Of a DNA stretch of 64,000 bases, positions 51,860 to 62,474 are shown piece by piece. Position 1 is the first letter of the stretch; each line of letters starts with the position of its first letter. The notes beneath the pieces are model-generated. The model was not told where the DNA came from. It made no database searches and saw only the letters and a program-made list of their open reading frames with translations. A program made the position numbers and the translations under genes. The DNA is from Methanoregula sp. (lineage in GTDB: Archaea; Halobacteriota; Methanomicrobia; Methanomicrobiales; Methanospirillaceae): positions 3,073-67,072 of the forward strand of contig DATKZP010000073.1 of the NCBI GenBank assembly GCA_035527915.1, read 5' to 3'.

Positions 51860-53824
51860 TTAATCCTCCGTAAATCTTCTTTTAAACCCAAACGGGCTGT
51901 ATTTTATGCCTCCACCCTTGTAGAACTTGGTGAAGAATTCGACATAGTGCAACCTGACGGAATGCAGGCTTCCCCCAATGATACCCAGCAAGGTATTCAT
52001 CACATGACCAATGAGGAAGACCAAAACCCCCATGATAATAAACAGAACACCGATCAGCGAGATATTCTCGAGCTGGGGCTCAATAAGCATTCCGATTGCA
52101 ATATAGTTCACCACCATCGCGATGGCCACTGAAGAGAGACCAACCGCGACCAGACGTGAATACGAAAGTGAATGACTGAAAATGGTGGGGAGCTCAACGA
52201 TTTCAAGCGCTGATTCCCGTGCAATAAAGATAAGTCCCACAACAAGGACAGCAATTCCTATCAACGCGGAGACATTCAGCCCCATCACAACGGGTGGCAG
52301 ACCGGTGAGATCCGGCATATATGGCATCGGGATCATCGACCAGATCAGCAAAAGAATGCCCCAAATCATCAGGATCCATCCGGCATTTGCGAGGACGGCT
52401 TTAGTCCGGTGAGCCCCGTGGTCATGTTGTGCATGATTGACAATCCCCAGAACCCTTCCCAAGGTAATGTGCACGATCCCAATCCAGATAGCCATCATCA
52501 TCAGGCCCGGAATATTGGGACCATGCCCCCCGCCGCCCCCGATATTGAGGTGACGCGATGGTAAAATATACGTCCACGGCAGCGGGAAACCTAAAAACTC
52601 GCTGTAAAGCACCCCAAAAAAGATGCTTGAGATGCTCGCATTTCTAAGCACTGCAATCAGCTGCTGCCCTTCTTCACCTTTTATGAATTTTCGCAGACCA
52701 AGGCACAGGACCAGCAACATGGCCCCATATCCCACATCTCCCAGAATAAGACCGAAGAAGATGGGAAATACAATAGAGACCATGATTGTTGGATCAAGTT
52801 CGGTATACTTTGGTCGCGAGTACGTATCCATGAGCAGCTGAGACGGACGTGCAAACGGGGGGTTGTCATACTCTACCGGGACAGGATCATGCTCGCCAAC
52901 CGTCAGCTCGGTTACAAATATCCTGCCACCGGTTGCACCATTGAGGGCATCCTTCAAGGATGCAACCCTGTCTTTGGGCACCCACCCTTCGGCAACGAAC
53001 GCCTGCCCAATCGTTGCGAACCGCAGGGGGGCTTCCGCTCGTTCTATGTCTGCTTTCAGTATCTCCTCGCATGCGACCAGAAATTCCCTGTGCCGGTCCC
53101 TGATCTCATCGAGTCTCCTGTTAATCTGGTCGATCTCCGCTTTCGCCTGTGCAACCTGTTCCTTGTACGCATCGATCCGTGCCCGGGGCACTCCGGATTC
53201 GACTGGAATGGAGACTGCCTGGAAATTCGCCTCAAGCAGCACCCGGTCCACATCACTGCGGCGGTCATTTTTAAAGACGGCAACGATTAACCGCCGTGCC
53301 TTCCCTGCCGATATGTACACCTCGGCGGGCTCCGGAATGTTTACCTCTTTTGAAACATACCCGGCAAGAACAGTGAGCCCTGCATACCCGCGGTACATCT
53401 CCATATCCATCGGGATCTCGGTAAACGGCAGGAGTTCGGTAATTTTCTGGTCGTATTCCTTGAGTGCCACCTCAAGCCGGGATCTTCTGCCAGTGAGCTC
53501 CCCGAGCTCGTGTTCAATCGCGGGCAGTTCCTGTTCGATAGTCGATCTCAGCTCAGCAGTGGGGCGCTTTCCCGTGGGTTCGATCTCCGACGGCCTGATG
53601 AGAAATGCATTCTCGATGGTACGCACTTTTACAAGATCCGTAGAGACTTCGCTTGCACCCGGGAGCGGTTTACCGATGGAAAAACCATCATATCCTTCCC
53701 GGCCGTCAACAATGAAATCCTCGATATGGAACAGGTGGGAATGGTAAAGTTCCCTGATAACTGGGTCAAGCTGATCCCTGGACGCCACGATAAGCAACCG
53801 GCTCATCTGCCTAGGCGATAACAT
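51860..53824 (-). CDS. atpI: A1Ao ATP synthase subunit I (a)
   Basis: PKYTELDPT, FFGLILGDVGYG, SYSRLVAVGL, RLHYVEFFTKFY. Confidence 0.95.
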   Translation of the reverse strand: MLSPRQMSRLLIVASRDQLDPVIRELYHSHLFHIEDFIVDGREGYDGFSIGKPLPGASEVSTDLVKVRTIENAFLIRPSEIEPTGKRPTAELRSTIEQELPAIEHELGELTGRRSRLEVALKEYDQKITELLPFTEIPMDMEMYRGYAGLTVLAGYVSKEVNIPEPAEVYISAGKARRLIVAVFKNDRRSDVDRVLLEANFQAVSIPVESGVPRARIDAYKEQVAQAKAEIDQINRRLDEIRDRHREFLVACEEILKADIERAEAPLRFATIGQAFVAEGWVPKDRVASLKDALNGATGGRIFVTELTVGEHDPVPVEYDNPPFARPSQLLMDTYSRPKYTELDPTIMVSIVFPIFFGLILGDVGYGAMLLVLCLGLRKFIKGEEGQQLIAVLRNASISSIFFGVLYSEFLGFPLPWTYILPSRHLNIGGGGGHGPNIPGLMMMAIWIGIVHITLGRVLGIVNHAQHDHGAHRTKAVLANAGWILMIWGILLLIWSMIPMPYMPDLTGLPPVVMGLNVSALIGIAVLVVGLIFIARESALEIVELPTIFSHSLSYSRLVAVGLSSVAIAMVVNYIAIGMLIEPQLENISLIGVLFIIMGVLVFLIGHVMNTLLGIIGGSLHSVRLHYVEFFTKFYKGGGIKYSPFGFKRRFTED

Positions 53825-54140
53825 GCAGCTGCTCCTTGAACCTCGCTACCAGCAGCTGCACTGCCTTTGAAAGGTGCGGTATCCCTTTTGCCATGATTGC
53901 CGCTGCACGCTCATTACCATTTTTTATGATTTCGGCGTGCTTTAAAGCTGCCTGATGCCGTGCTTCTTCCAGTTTCAGCTTTTTATATTGTTCAGCATTG
54001 CTTTGCGCTTTTGTAACCAGATTATCAGCTTCCAGCTCAGCCTGAGAATGCCTGTGCTTCTTCTCTTCCTGGGCCGCAGTGATTGTTTTTTGGTAATCCT
54101 CTTCAGTTTTTTTAATGTCTCGTAGGACCTCAGTCTTCAT
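53811..54140 (-). CDS. atpH: A1Ao ATP synthase subunit H (stator)
   Basis: Charged coiled-coil protein; first gene of the operon, overlapping atpI. Confidence 0.85.
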   Translation of the reverse strand: MKTEVLRDIKKTEEDYQKTITAAQEEKKHRHSQAELEADNLVTKAQSNAEQYKKLKLEEARHQAALKHAEIIKNGNERAAAIMAKGIPHLSKAVQLLVARFKEQLHVIA

Positions 54141-54255
54141 CCAACCCTCCTCTTGCGGTACTATAATAATTTGTGAAAAAAACCATATATGTATTGTTAT
54201 TTACGCTCAAAAAATCAGATTTTCAACGAGAAAATAATATAATTTCTCGGACAAT

Positions 54256-54729
54256 TCAGGAAACATCAGTTTTAATTTCGTATTTTATATTCCGGGGGAT
54301 TATGTTCCCGGGGAGAGGGTATACATCGACCCCATGCTCACTTCTCTTTAAGGTAATACCTGCAAGCTCATCACTCGAACAAATCAAATGCTGATCCGGA
54401 TGGGTCCCCCTTTGAATCGAGCAGCTGGTAAAAATTTCAGGTCCGACAGATACCACATAGGAAATCCGTTTTGACCCGGGATGATCTTTAGGTAATACTA
54501 ACAACGGCACATGGAATGTCCTCACAAGATCGATGAGCATCAGGGCAGGTTCAATAGCCCCATCTTCCGGAGCGGAGACAACAACAAGGTCACCAGATTC
54601 AACGCCCTGACAATATTCATCAAGGGTAGTCTCGATGCAAAGTCCAAACCTGTTTTTGATTTTTGCAACGAGTAAAAAAGATTGTTTTCCCCTGATGAGC
54701 AATAACTCATCATCAAGGGCGTAGTTCAT
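54256..54729 (-). CDS. Conserved hypothetical protein
   Basis: 157-aa ORF translationally coupled (ATGA overlap) to the upstream small ORF. No family recognised. Confidence 0.65.
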   Translation of the reverse strand: MNYALDDELLLIRGKQSFLLVAKIKNRFGLCIETTLDEYCQGVESGDLVVVSAPEDGAIEPALMLIDLVRTFHVPLLVLPKDHPGSKRISYVVSVGPEIFTSCSIQRGTHPDQHLICSSDELAGITLKRSEHGVDVYPLPGNIIPRNIKYEIKTDVS

Positions 54730-54881
54730 GCCAGCGCCACATCATCTGACTGGCAGCTGGGACAGATGGGTTTTTTGCCGATACCTTTGAACCGCTCATG
54801 ACATTCGTTGCAGCGGTAATCCTTCCCTTGTACCCGATCCGGGGGGAGATCAATGTCTACGGGTCCACCAACAGTACACAT
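54726..54881 (-). CDS. 51-aa Zn-ribbon/rubredoxin-like small protein (below the ORF track cutoff)
   Basis: MCTVGGPVDIDLPPDRVQGKDYRCNECHERFKGIGKKPICPSCQSDDVALA*, with two CxxC pairs. AGGTGA RBS at 54889-54894; the stop overlaps the next ATG. Confidence 0.8.
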   Translation of the reverse strand: MCTVGGPVDIDLPPDRVQGKDYRCNECHERFKGIGKKPICPSCQSDDVALA

Positions 54882-54940
54882 ATTCAGGTCACCTCACTAC
54901 GAATTCTGTGCGACATTAATTTAATTCTATCTGACATACT

Positions 54941-54963
54941 GTTTGTCATTTTTCATGACAAAC
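54941..54963. promoter_or_regulatory. 9-bp perfect inverted repeat GTTTGTCAT-N5-ATGACAAAC, operator-like
   Basis: Read directly from the sequence; about 60 nt upstream of the small Zn-ribbon ORF start. Confidence 0.45.
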
Positions 54964-55100
54964 TCTTTTTTGCCTCGCTCTCTATGTGGGCAGGAGGAGA
55001 AGGTCTCCACACCCGGGATAGTAAAACCTATGAAATGTTGAAAAAAGGTGGATGTTTATTCTGAGGCAAATATCTTTTAAAAAAATTTCCTTTTTACTTT

Positions 55101-55364
55101 TTATATTGTTATTCCCAGAATGTTAAGTAAAACAAGAATACAGACTCCGGGAAGCCCGCCCACTGCGCAGATAATTATTGTTGCAAGGCTATATCCGAGA
55201 TCGGGTTTACCCATCCATTGCATGACATGGAGAAAATTTAAGAGAAACAATACTATTATTCCCAAAATGGCGTTTATAAGAAGAACCGAGAATTTTTTTG
55301 CAAGATAATAAACGACTGCAATAATTGCCACGACAAGAAGTATTGCAACCAGCACATCACTCAT
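55101..55364 (-). CDS. BofA-like (pro-sigmaK processing inhibitor family) small membrane protein
   Basis: Three hydrophobic segments with LLINAILGIIVL and AVGGLPG motifs. Confidence 0.72.
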   Translation of the reverse strand: MSDVLVAILLVVAIIAVVYYLAKKFSVLLINAILGIIVLFLLNFLHVMQWMGKPDLGYSLATIIICAVGGLPGVCILVLLNILGITI

Positions 55365-55381
55365 AATTTTTACCTTTTTAC

Positions 55382-56668
55382 CTATTTACCAATGATACGC
55401 TGCTTATTTATTTTTATCGAAGGTAAAATCATCGACCCAATCGCCCGGGATTCTTTACTTAATCCGGAGATATTCTGATGCATATCAAACACGTTTCCAG
55501 AAAGCATTGCACTCCGGATAGGTGCATCAAACTCCCCTCCCTCCATCCAGAATGCATTAGAAAGTTCGACGGAAAAATCACCGCTCATAGGGTTTGCCGT
55601 ATGGGCACCGACTACATTATGGATATAGACAACGCGTTCATCAGCAACCTCGTCCCGTTTCCCATCAACGATAAAATTATGATGCCCTATTGATGGCAAA
55701 CCACCAAATCCACCCCGTATTGCACTTGCGGTACTTGTTTTCCCGAAGCGATATGCGGTTTTAAGATCATACGCGAATGTTTTAAGAATTCCTTTTTCGA
55801 TAAAATCGACACGTCGCGTCGGTGTACCCTCTGCATCCCATCGCACGCTTCCTGATGCCTTTTTTAAAAGAGGATCATCATACATGGAAATATGATGATC
55901 GGTAACGGTCTCACCCAGGGATTGCGCAAGCCGGGATCGTCCTGCATGCACATTTCGTCCGCTTAACGCAGGTACAAATACATTCCCTAGAAGTTCCCCG
56001 TAGGCAAGAGGTGAAAGGAGTATCTCATACTCTCCTGTGGCAATCTCCTTCCCATTATCCGATTCCATGGCAAAGAATGTCGCCCTCTCTCCAACAGATA
56101 CCGGATCCACCTTGTCCATGAAAGGTGAATGATCGAACTCATAACCGGTAGACTGCCTGTGAATCGCTTCCAGAGAAAGAGACACTCCGGTACGCCGGTC
56201 TGAGTATCGGATCCCTTTACTGTTTGCAAGAGTGACGGTAGCAGATGAGAGAGATGCCGAACCGGAAGTCACCTCTGCCGGGTGCTCTGCTGCTCCTTCG
56301 AGCATCTTTTCGATCAGATCGATAACAACTAAGGGTTCGATCCTGACCGAAGCATCAAATGAGAGAGCCGTCCGGGAAAGTTGAACTTTATCGGGTAATC
56401 CACCCCAGTCCTGCGGGGTCGCAAGGTTTCCACTGGCAATTGCAGCCTTCAGGCATTCCTGCCACCTGTCAGGATTGTTTGTACTCGATGAGCCAATTCT
56501 TCCTTTATGGATGGTACGGATGCCAAGACCGCAGTCCTCTGATGTTGTAGCCAGATCCAGTTTCTTTTTTTTCAGGTCAACAGAGACGCTGGTGCCCTGG
56601 ACATAAAAAACCTCTACTTCGTCTGCCTTTTTTTGACCTTCTTTTATAAGGTCCTCAATCCACGCCAC
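55382..56668 (-). CDS. pmbA: TldE/PmbA family protein
   Basis: DCGLGIRTI, WDAEGTPT, GAHTANPMSGDFS. No HExxH motif. Start placed at GTG 56668. Confidence 0.9.
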   Translation of the reverse strand: MAWIEDLIKEGQKKADEVEVFYVQGTSVSVDLKKKKLDLATTSEDCGLGIRTIHKGRIGSSSTNNPDRWQECLKAAIASGNLATPQDWGGLPDKVQLSRTALSFDASVRIEPLVVIDLIEKMLEGAAEHPAEVTSGSASLSSATVTLANSKGIRYSDRRTGVSLSLEAIHRQSTGYEFDHSPFMDKVDPVSVGERATFFAMESDNGKEIATGEYEILLSPLAYGELLGNVFVPALSGRNVHAGRSRLAQSLGETVTDHHISMYDDPLLKKASGSVRWDAEGTPTRRVDFIEKGILKTFAYDLKTAYRFGKTSTASAIRGGFGGLPSIGHHNFIVDGKRDEVADERVVYIHNVVGAHTANPMSGDFSVELSNAFWMEGGEFDAPIRSAMLSGNVFDMHQNISGLSKESRAIGSMILPSIKINKQRIIGK

Positions 56669-57989
56669 TGCCACCCACCACCGCATCGTTCAGGAGTATA
56701 TGCGGTGCCCCGTCGCTCACCGGAACACTCTGGCCGCCTTTCCCGCAATATCCCGGACTCATGGTTCGATCATTACCGCAGAGCGTAATTCCATGAAGAG
56801 TCATGAGGATCTCTCCGGATAAAGAGACATCCCTTACCATTGCTGTACACTCCCCGTTTTTTATCAGGTAACCATACTCGGCATTGAACTGGAAGATACC
56901 GCGCCCTGGATCAACCTGACCTCCGCGAGAGCCTTTTAGGAAGATTCCATTCCGGCATTCTTCGAAAATTTCCTGTTCTGTTGCATCCCCGGCTTCGATA
57001 AAGGTATTACTCATCCGGACAAGCGGTGGTTCACCCGGCATGGCACGGGAATGACCGGCAACTCCATCACCTACCGATGAAAGCGTTTCGCGGTTGTGGA
57101 GAAATGCATTGATAACACCCTTTTTTATTATTTCTGTCCGGCACACTGCAACCCCTTCAGCATCAACCGGATCAAAACCGAATTCATGGATCCCGGGATC
57201 ATCGACAATTGTAAGGTTATCATTCCCGATCTTCTGTCCGGTTTTTCCCTTCAGCACCGAGTTACCTTCGTGTACCAGATCACCTTCACTTGCATGACCA
57301 ACCGCTTCATGGGCAAAAACGCCTGCTAATTCCGGGTCAAGCACAGCTCGCATTTTTCCACCTTTTGGAATCCCTGCATCAAGAAGGGCTACTGCAATTC
57401 CGGCAGCCTTTTCTCCAAGGGACTGCTGGTGCCGGAGATTGAACCCGTGAATCGAATGTTCACGCTCATATCCCATCTGGACTTTTCCATTCCGTGATGC
57501 AACTGCCAGCACATTAAATCCGGAACGGCACATTTCAAAAGAAAATTCATTTTCAGAGCTGTCAGAAAACCGGACATGTTCAATTTTTTCTATGTAATTT
57601 GCCCTCTGGTTTACTACAGACGGGTGACTGGCAGCCTGCTCAATTCCCAAAAGCAGGGATGATTTCTCTTCAATGGATACATTCCGGGGATCTTCTTTCA
57701 TTGATGGTACAGTGAGAATGCCATGCGGGGCATCACCAAGGATAACACTTTCCTGGGTAATCCTGGCAAGTCTGCAGGCAGACTCAAGGAGTGTATCAAA
57801 TTTTTTTCCGTGACAGGGAGTGTAGTTATCAATCTGGAGCACTCCCCACCCGGTTTTGTGAAGTACCCTGATTACGGCTTTATTGAAAAATGATGTCCCG
57901 GCAGATTCCACGACATCGTTATCGATGTCGATGTGGGTGACCTGCCCGGTTACATGCCGCAGATCATAATATTGTATTCCAGCCATCAC
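56655..57989 (-). CDS. tldD: TldD metalloprotease subunit
   Basis: FAHEAVGHASEGD, RMSNTFI, GGQVDP, CGKGGQSVPVSDGAPH. Confidence 0.93.
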   Translation of the reverse strand: MMAGIQYYDLRHVTGQVTHIDIDNDVVESAGTSFFNKAVIRVLHKTGWGVLQIDNYTPCHGKKFDTLLESACRLARITQESVILGDAPHGILTVPSMKEDPRNVSIEEKSSLLLGIEQAASHPSVVNQRANYIEKIEHVRFSDSSENEFSFEMCRSGFNVLAVASRNGKVQMGYEREHSIHGFNLRHQQSLGEKAAGIAVALLDAGIPKGGKMRAVLDPELAGVFAHEAVGHASEGDLVHEGNSVLKGKTGQKIGNDNLTIVDDPGIHEFGFDPVDAEGVAVCRTEIIKKGVINAFLHNRETLSSVGDGVAGHSRAMPGEPPLVRMSNTFIEAGDATEQEIFEECRNGIFLKGSRGGQVDPGRGIFQFNAEYGYLIKNGECTAMVRDVSLSGEILMTLHGITLCGNDRTMSPGYCGKGGQSVPVSDGAPHILLNDAVVGGSGVD

Positions 57990-57991
57990 AT

Positions 57992-59965
57992 TCAGGCCAT
58001 CGTCTGGTTAATTACCGTGAGTTCCGGAACTATTGCTGTTGATCGCATTGTCATCTTTTTAAGTTTGGTGAGGAACCCCTCTGCGTTTTCAGGGACGAGT
58101 GCATACTTGAGGACATCATCAATGGTGTCCATCGGTAATATAGTGACAAGGGGTTTGTACCGCTCTTCAATCAATACATCCCCGATATTCATGCGGGGAA
58201 TAAGTACTATTTTGATACCCGCTTTGGCAGCAGCTTCAATTTTATATGTCACGCCACCGACAGGAAGCACGTCTCCGCGAACCGAGAGGGAGCCGGTCAT
58301 GGCAATATCCTGCCGGATAGGAATGCCCTCGATTGCGCTGATTACTGCCGTGGCAATGCTGACTGAGGCAGAATCTCCCTCTGCACCATAGGTACCGATA
58401 AACTGGATATGGACATCCATGTTTTTGATATCCTTACCGGTGAACTTTTTTATTAAAGCACTAACATTCTTGATGGATTGCTGGGCGATTGATTCCTCAT
58501 CTTTCAGCCAGGGTTCCTGGCGTTTTCCGGAGACACCTGTGGCAATGATCTGGCCGCTCTCACCCTGTGCCGGCGTTACTTCTGCCATTATCGGGAGGAC
58601 TGAACCTGCATCATTCCCCGTTACCGCAAGCCCGTTCACGCGCCCGACACGGGTACCTTCAACAATGGTCATCTCGTATTCCCTGAGATGCTGGGTAACT
58701 TCATCAGAGACTTGGTCCTCAATCGATCGTGCGGTCTTCTTTGCCGTTATTACGTGGACAGATGTCGTCAGGACAGCATTTTCCTGCCGTGCAATATCAC
58801 CTGCAACACGGATCAGTCCACCCATGTCACGGAGTTTTAACGTCAGGTGTCCCTTCCGGTTCGACCGTCGTTTCGCTTCACGGATGATTTCATCAATTGC
58901 ACTCTGGTCAAAGTGTGGGATCTTTGCGTCGTTTTTCACTTCCTGGGCGATAAAGCGGATGTATTTACGGCGATTATCCTCGTTATCCTCCATACTCTCT
59001 GCCATGTACACTTCATACCCATACCCACGGATACGAGAGCGAAGTGCCGGGTGCATTCCCTTAATAGCATCAAGATTTCCTGCGGCGATCATCACGAATT
59101 TGCAGGGTACTGGTTCGGTGCGAACCATCGCACCGCTCGAGCGTTCGCTCTGGCCGGTGATAGGGAACTCTCCTTCCTGAAGCGCAGTGAGCAGGTTCTG
59201 TTGTGAATGCGGGTCCAGCGTGTTGATTTCATCAATGAAGAGCACGCCGCCATGCGCCCGGTGGATAGCCCCCACTTCAACCCGGTCATGCGCCGGGGTT
59301 TCAAGCCCTCCACTCTGGAAGGGATCGTGCCGTACGTCACCAAGCAGAGCACCGGCATGAGAGCCGGTCCCGTCAATAAAGGGCGCTATATTTTTGGTAT
59401 CGTTGGAAACGAGGAGTTTAGGCACCATCGTTTCCTCGCGGGGAGTGGTGTAGCGCAATGCCATGAAAACAAATGCAGCGGCAATGATCCCCATCAGCCA
59501 CTGGTAGGTAAGGAATGCATAACCGATTATCCCAATGAGCAGGAGCATCAGCAGGATGTTCCGGAACTGGATTTTTTTCTTTGCTTCGGCTTTATGGGCT
59601 GCAACGATCTGCTTGCCCCGCCCCCCGGCAACAGTTCTGACCACCGGGTTGTTAGGATCGTCGGAATTCGGGTAGGTAAGAATATCCTGAAGATCTTCTT
59701 TAGGCAATATTTCGGCCATCCCCTTGGCCAGCATTGACTTTCCCGTCCCGGGGCTTCCGATCATCATGACGTGCCGGCGCTGCATTGCTGCCTTCCTAAT
59801 GACCTCGACCGCGTGTTCCTGACCGATTACCTGATCAATCAGCTTCTCTGGTACTTCAACCTGGGAAGAGACTGCTATCACACTTTCAGTGTGAACAACC
59901 TCTGGAGATGTAACAGGGGTTTGTACTGCTTCGTTCTGCGGTGACGGTTGCTCAGAAATTTCCAT
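57992..59965 (-). CDS. lonB: Archaeal membrane-bound Lon protease (no intein)
   Basis: [15 protein letters not shown], two TM segments inserted in the AAA+ domain, [14 protein letters not shown] (Ser), GGVTYK (Lys). Confidence 0.96.
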   Translation of the reverse strand: MEISEQPSPQNEAVQTPVTSPEVVHTESVIAVSSQVEVPEKLIDQVIGQEHAVEVIRKAAMQRRHVMMIGSPGTGKSMLAKGMAEILPKEDLQDILTYPNSDDPNNPVVRTVAGGRGKQIVAAHKAEAKKKIQFRNILLMLLLIGIIGYAFLTYQWLMGIIAAAFVFMALRYTTPREETMVPKLLVSNDTKNIAPFIDGTGSHAGALLGDVRHDPFQSGGLETPAHDRVEVGAIHRAHGGVLFIDEINTLDPHSQQNLLTALQEGEFPITGQSERSSGAMVRTEPVPCKFVMIAAGNLDAIKGMHPALRSRIRGYGYEVYMAESMEDNEDNRRKYIRFIAQEVKNDAKIPHFDQSAIDEIIREAKRRSNRKGHLTLKLRDMGGLIRVAGDIARQENAVLTTSVHVITAKKTARSIEDQVSDEVTQHLREYEMTIVEGTRVGRVNGLAVTGNDAGSVLPIMAEVTPAQGESGQIIATGVSGKRQEPWLKDEESIAQQSIKNVSALIKKFTGKDIKNMDVHIQFIGTYGAEGDSASVSIATAVISAIEGIPIRQDIAMTGSLSVRGDVLPVGGVTYKIEAAAKAGIKIVLIPRMNIGDVLIEERYKPLVTILPMDTIDDVLKYALVPENAEGFLTKLKKMTMRSTAIVPELTVINQTMA

Positions 59966-60176
59966 TGCGGAATATACCTCTTTTAACTCTGGTAGTTTTC
60001 ATATGAATTGTTGCATGATAGTTTAAGTACTTTCAGATGATTGCATAGGATTGGAGTTGAACCTGTAGTGATTTTCCCAAATACTATTCAAGGCTTTAAA
60101 AAAATACAATATCTACTATTGTACAATAAATTCTGAAGAAAGAAATACCACCACCTCTTTGGTTAGGAAGGATACC

Positions 60177-61025
60177 ATGAAAGTGATCTCCACTGAAAAA
60201 TCCCAAATACTTGCCACCAGCCTTGCCAGGGCACTAAAGACCTCTGTCGTTGATGTAAAATATTCCCGTTTTCCTGATGGGGAGCAGTACCTGATTGCCG
60301 GTGAACTGGATGATGAGACCATTATTGTCGGAAGTGTGGTGGATAATGATTCACTCGTCCAGTTACTCCTGATGATCGATGCTTGTGACAGTTCTGATAA
60401 CCAGCTTGTTTTACCCTATATGGGATATGCCCGGCAGGACAAGCGGTTCAGGCAGGGAGAACCTGTCAGTGCACGTGCCGTTGCACAGGCACTCAGCAGA
60501 GGGATTTTGGAAATTATTACGGTCAATATCCATGAAAAAGAAGTACTGAAGTATTTTGGAGTTCCTGCAAGAAACATCTCACTTGCCCGTGACATCGGCT
60601 TGTATATTAAAACCTTAAATCTTGACAACCCCCTTATTCTTGCTCCTGATGAGGGTGCCCTTACATTCGCCGAACATGTTGCATCTGCAGGCGGGTGGGA
60701 TTTTGATCATCTTGAAAAGACTCGTCTCAATGGGGTTGAGGTAAAGATGACCCCCAAACAATTATGCGCTGCATCGCGATCAGTAGTTATTGTCGATGAT
60801 ATTATCTCAACCGGCGGGACAATTGCCACTGCCGCAGGGATACTGTACGAGCAGGGTGCAAAAGATGTATTCGCGGCATGTGTACATGGAGTGCTTACAG
60901 GAGGAGCGTATGTCCACCTTATGGCAGCAGGAATCCGTGGCGTTATCTGCACTGATACGATCGAACGCGGGTGCAGCGTGATATCCGCGGCAGAAAGTAT
61001 TGCAGCAGCACTCAAAAGATGCTGA
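60177..61025 (+). CDS. prs: Ribose-phosphate pyrophosphokinase
   Basis: RFPDGE, PYMGYARQDK, APDEGA, VDDIISTGGT. Confidence 0.95.
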   Translation: MKVISTEKSQILATSLARALKTSVVDVKYSRFPDGEQYLIAGELDDETIIVGSVVDNDSLVQLLLMIDACDSSDNQLVLPYMGYARQDKRFRQGEPVSARAVAQALSRGILEIITVNIHEKEVLKYFGVPARNISLARDIGLYIKTLNLDNPLILAPDEGALTFAEHVASAGGWDFDHLEKTRLNGVEVKMTPKQLCAASRSVVIVDDIISTGGTIATAAGILYEQGAKDVFAACVHGVLTGGAYVHLMAAGIRGVICTDTIERGCSVISAAESIAAALKRC

Positions 61026-62002
61026 ATATTGACGGTTCATTTGGTGAGGGAGGCGGACAACTCGTCCGGAATGCCGTGGCGCTATCTGCGATTACCGGTG
61101 AACCGGTAACGATCACCCGGATCAGGGAAACAAGACACAATCAGGGGCTGGCAGCTCAGCATATTGCCGCCATAAAGGCAGTTGCATTTACCTGCGATGC
61201 CGAGTGCAGGGGCATCTCCCCGGGTTCAGGTACAATTATATTTTTCCCGCAGGAGCTGAAATATCGCGAGGTTTCCGTGGCCGTTGGCACTGCCGGGAGC
61301 GTCCCGCTCGTCATCCAGGCATGGCTTCCCGTGGCGCTGAGTGCGGGCGGAATACTTCATATTACAGGGGGAACCGAGGTTTTGAGGAGCCCGACCATCG
61401 ACTACCTTGACCATGTTCTTGGATCTGTTCTGCGATCCTCCGGTGCTGAAATAACTCTGGATATCCATAAACGGGGCTATTTTCCAGAGGGGGGCGGGGA
61501 GGTGACAGTCAGGGTAGATCAAAAGAAGATATCCCCCGTCATACCTGATGATGACAAAGACCATTCCTGCTGCATATTTTCCTGTTCATCCAACCTCCCG
61601 GAACATGTCACAGAACGGCAGGCATCCGCTGCTGATGCCTGCCTCTGTCCGGGGCTTGGTGAATCCTGCAAAATCAGCCTCGACCGCCGCACCGGGCCAA
61701 GTACCGGGAGTTCCTGCACAGTCTGTAAGGGGGCAAAGGGGGGGATTGCACTCGGTAAACGGGGTCTTCTGGCTGAAGAGGTTGGCAGGGGGGCGGCAAA
61801 CGCCCTGCTCACTGAGATCAAAAACCCGGGCACTGTGGATATTCATCTGTCGGATCAGCTGCTGGTTTCGCTTGCTCTCTTTGGGGGCTCTTTTACCACA
61901 AGCACCCTGACATCCCACGCTGAAACGGTATGCTGGCTCCTTGGCAGGTTTGGATTCGACATAAGGTTACGCCACGGCATTCCAATGGAGTTTTCCGTAT
62001 GA
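61019..62002 (+). CDS. rtcA: RNA 3'-terminal phosphate cyclase
   Basis: IDGSFGEGGGQLVR, GLAAQH, TAGSVPL, GGTEV, RGYFPEGGGEV, DIHLSDQL (catalytic His). Confidence 0.93.
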   Translation: MLNIDGSFGEGGGQLVRNAVALSAITGEPVTITRIRETRHNQGLAAQHIAAIKAVAFTCDAECRGISPGSGTIIFFPQELKYREVSVAVGTAGSVPLVIQAWLPVALSAGGILHITGGTEVLRSPTIDYLDHVLGSVLRSSGAEITLDIHKRGYFPEGGGEVTVRVDQKKISPVIPDDDKDHSCCIFSCSSNLPEHVTERQASAADACLCPGLGESCKISLDRRTGPSTGSSCTVCKGAKGGIALGKRGLLAEEVGRGAANALLTEIKNPGTVDIHLSDQLLVSLALFGGSFTTSTLTSHAETVCWLLGRFGFDIRLRHGIPMEFSV

Positions 62003-62454
62003 GATACATCCTTGACACCTCGTTCTTTTTTTATGACCTGACAGTTGACGGGGAACTGTATACGACCCGGTCCGTTGTTGATGAGCTCAAGGATCTGCGT
62101 TCAAAGAGCCGGTTTGATGTGCTGTGCGCACAAGGGCTCACTCTGGTCGTACCCTCAATGGAAAACATCAAAAAAGTAAAAGCCGCGGCCAAAAAGACCG
62201 GCGATGCCGGTATAATCTCCGGTACCGACTGCGATCTTCTTGCCCTTTCCCTTGATCTTGATGCAGCAGTGTATACCGATGATTTTGCCATCGGAAACAT
62301 AGCTCACGCACTTGGAATCAAAACGGTTCCAATGCTGCAGAAAAAGCCCAAAATTGTCATCTGGAAATACCGGTGCAGTGGCTGCGGCAGATATTTTGAC
62401 CATGATGGGGAATGCCTCATCTGCGGTTCAATTATTAAAAGAAAACTTAAATAG
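61999..62454 (+). CDS. nob1: Nob1-like PIN endonuclease with Zn ribbon
   Basis: ILDTS, ISGTD, TDDF and CSGC...CLICGS. Confidence 0.88.
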   Translation: MRYILDTSFFFYDLTVDGELYTTRSVVDELKDLRSKSRFDVLCAQGLTLVVPSMENIKKVKAAAKKTGDAGIISGTDCDLLALSLDLDAAVYTDDFAIGNIAHALGIKTVPMLQKKPKIVIWKYRCSGCGRYFDHDGECLICGSIIKRKLK

Positions 62455-62474
62455 ATACCGGCGAATCTTTTTCC

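Noticed and set aside
52863-53747. 294-aa plus-strand ORF, and 58419-59180
   Set aside because: Antisense to atpI and lonB respectively; low-complexity Ser/Arg-rich translation.
54886-54939. 17-codon uORF (MSDRIKLMSHRIRSEVT) ending just before the Zn-ribbon start
   Set aside because: No RBS, and it overlaps the downstream gene's RBS and promoter zone; likely chance.
47866-59965. Inteins in atpA or lonB (common archaeal insertion sites)
   Set aside because: Both proteins have normal length and continuous motifs.
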